Assembly: GCA_028534125.1 (NCBI GenBank)
Contig: CM052817.1
Location: forward strand, 41,170,001 to 41,234,000
Length of the DNA: 64,000 nucleotides
Source of the DNA: Lama glama
Lineage: Eukaryota
Reading direction: 5' to 3'
Shown here: piece by piece, positions 61,981-64,000 of the stretch
How the letters are laid out: every line of letters starts with the position of its first letter
Numbering within the stretch: the stretch's first letter is position 1
The notes under the pieces: generated by a model
What the model was told of the DNA's origin: nothing
Database searches by the model: none
The model's input: the letters and a program-made list of their open reading frames with translations, nothing else
Translations under genes and position numbers: made by a program

Positions 61981-62559
61981 TTTCACAGCAATATTTAAAT
62001 ATATTGTACAGATATGCTGATTTTACAATGAAAATGATGATTATCCATGAGTCAAAATGAATGTTCGGACAATTTGCAAAATTAAACTTCACAAAATTAT
62101 CTAGAAATCATAACAATGCTGTAATATTTATGAAAGATGATACAGACTTATGAAAATCAATTATTTTATTATATTAAACAGAAAATACCTGAGGTATAGG
62201 TCTTCAGGATGACAACAGTAAATGCTTATTAGAGAAGCTTTTTGATCAGCATAATTTCTTGAATATAGTTTATGAAGTCTGATTAATAGTCTAGACTATG
62301 GTAACTTTAATGATGAAGCAACTAAGGCTTTACTATTTCATTATCTTGAATATTAAATAAGATAAATGGCATTAGGAATATTTAGAGGATTCTAATACAA
62401 GATACTAGCAACATCTGAAGAATTCTCCTTTATCATTTCATCAAGAAGTATTTAGTAGAGAATAGTTGTCATAAATATTTGAAAACAAATTATACTTCTG
62501 TAACATCGAAGTAGCTCCACAGATTTCAGCCCTGCAGGAATAATCAGGAAGAAAAATCG

Positions 62560-62765
62560 TGCTGTTTTTGAAGTCTTCGGCTTATCATCCAGACTCTTCA
62601 ACTTGTGTAACTTGGCTGCTGTCTTGTTGGCTAGTCTTGGACAGATCATTTAATCTCTCTAAAATTCAATTTTCTCACCTCAAAAATGCCTTGGTTGGTG
62701 GCACTAGGGTGGGGAAAGATTAAAAGAGATGATCATTAATATTTCTCCCAGCTCTAAAATTTTAT
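62560..62765 (+). mobile_element. MIR/MIR3
   Basis: tcttggacagatcatttaatctctctaaaattcaattttctcacct...ttctcccagctctaaaatt. Confidence 0.65.
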
Positions 62766-63419
62766 TATTCTATTATTCATTTTCTCCCTCCCCACTTAAT
62801 GTTCTAGGACATAGATTGGTAATTAGTCAAAACTGAGGGAATTTTCTAGCAAAATAATCAGACTTAACATCAAAGGCTGTAAGAATTTGAAACAGAAAAA
62901 TCTTTTCTTAAGTTATAAGATCAACTCATTTACAGGCAACCAGACAAAAACCACTAGAAAGAGAAATTAGAACTAGAGAAATATATGTATATTTATTGTC
63001 CACTATAAAGATTTTACAGGATGAAGAATATTTATCTCAATAAACTCATGTTAAACATAGCTGAATGTCTACTCCAAAGAGTGATACATCATACCAAAAT
63101 AATGTGTGTTTAAAGTTATGAAATGGTTTTGTTCATAGAGAGAAAATAAGTCACTATGCATTATGTGATCAGTGATGATGACACTATCTCATGACCTTAT
63201 GATCAGGCCAAGTTATTTTATTTCTCAATATCATTATCCCTCCAGGGGATGTTAAAAATAATTACTTTGTAAGAGTAAATAAGAATTGACAAATGAGCAA
63301 AATAACAATGCATATAAAGGAAAAATAAGTAATGTGCCGTTCACAGTTCTTGTCTAGTATAAATGAAGATATAGCAAATTTTTACATCTTCCTAGAGGAC
63401 CTTGAAAACCTACTGTACC

Positions 63420-63890
63420 TGTTGTGGAACTGATAGTCTGGGACCCAGGACCTGAGACCCTTCACCGGGGTGCTTGCACCTGGACAAACATCTCCTCCAG
63501 CAACAGAATACAACAGAACTGTAAGGGACTAAAAATAGCTGCACACACGTGCAGTTGGGACAATTATGAACAATAAGATACAAAAAGACCACAAGCCAAC
63601 TGCCATTTTTAGGTGTTGGGAGCAAAAGCAGGGTACTGTGCATGGTCCCTGCACGGGGCACCACCAACTGGGTGGGCAGACCACCTAAGCCAAGCCTTCT
63701 GTTCATCCCCCATTGTTAATCCACTTGAGATCCAAGCAGCTCCTTTCAGGGAGCAAGCATGGGCAACTGACTCTTGCTTTCACTCTCCTGTGCTGCAACA
63801 GGAGCCCCAGTAAAGTCTTGCCTGACGTTTTCATCTGGCCTCGTATCAATTTCTATTGATTAAAGAGTCCAAGGGCCCAGGTTGGTAACA
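63420..63890 (+). mobile_element. ERV1-class solo LTR (MER41-like, cetartiodactyl type)
   Basis: TG...CA termini (tgttgtggaac...ggtaaca), 471 bp, internal gggagcaaaagcagggtactgtgcatg, AGTAAA, and a 3' end tcaatttctattgattaaagagtccaag. Confidence 0.8.
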
Positions 63891-64000
63891 GAACTTCTCA
63901 TGCAGCCATTACATTCTTTTGTTCAACTTTAAGGTCTGTCAGACAAAGTGACAGTGAAAGAGGATCACATGGATATGTGAAAGAAACTTCCCTGAACTTA

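Overview
This is AT-rich, CpG-depleted mammalian genomic DNA, either intergenic or deep intronic. I recognise no protein-coding exon, RNA gene, CpG island or CRISPR array. The only supplied ORFs with recognisable protein homology are decayed LINE-1 ORF2 C-terminal fragments. Much of the window is interspersed repeat: many MIR and L2 remnants, old L1M/L1ME pieces, about ten younger 5'-truncated L1 fragments (several with target-site duplications, TSDs), hAT MITEs (Charlie4-like, MER5, MER58, MER81, MER102-like) and solo LTRs (MLT1, LTR33, MLT2, LTR16, a MER41-like ERV1 LTR). The young L1 3' ends look cetartiodactyl, and I saw no Alu, Bov-A/tA, PRE-1, CHR-2 or SINEC, which points tentatively to a camelid genome (inference). 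All family names come from recalled consensus sequences, not from a search, and boundaries of old repeats are approximate. I cannot support a new biological system. The best leads are a possible heavily decayed Gypsy-type integrase fossil (about 5.6-6.9 kb), an exact 34-bp dispersed duplication bracketing it, a twin-primed inverted L1, a tailless complex L1 insertion, a 47-bp VNTR with ABAB structure, and several repeat-free motif-dense candidate regulatory elements.
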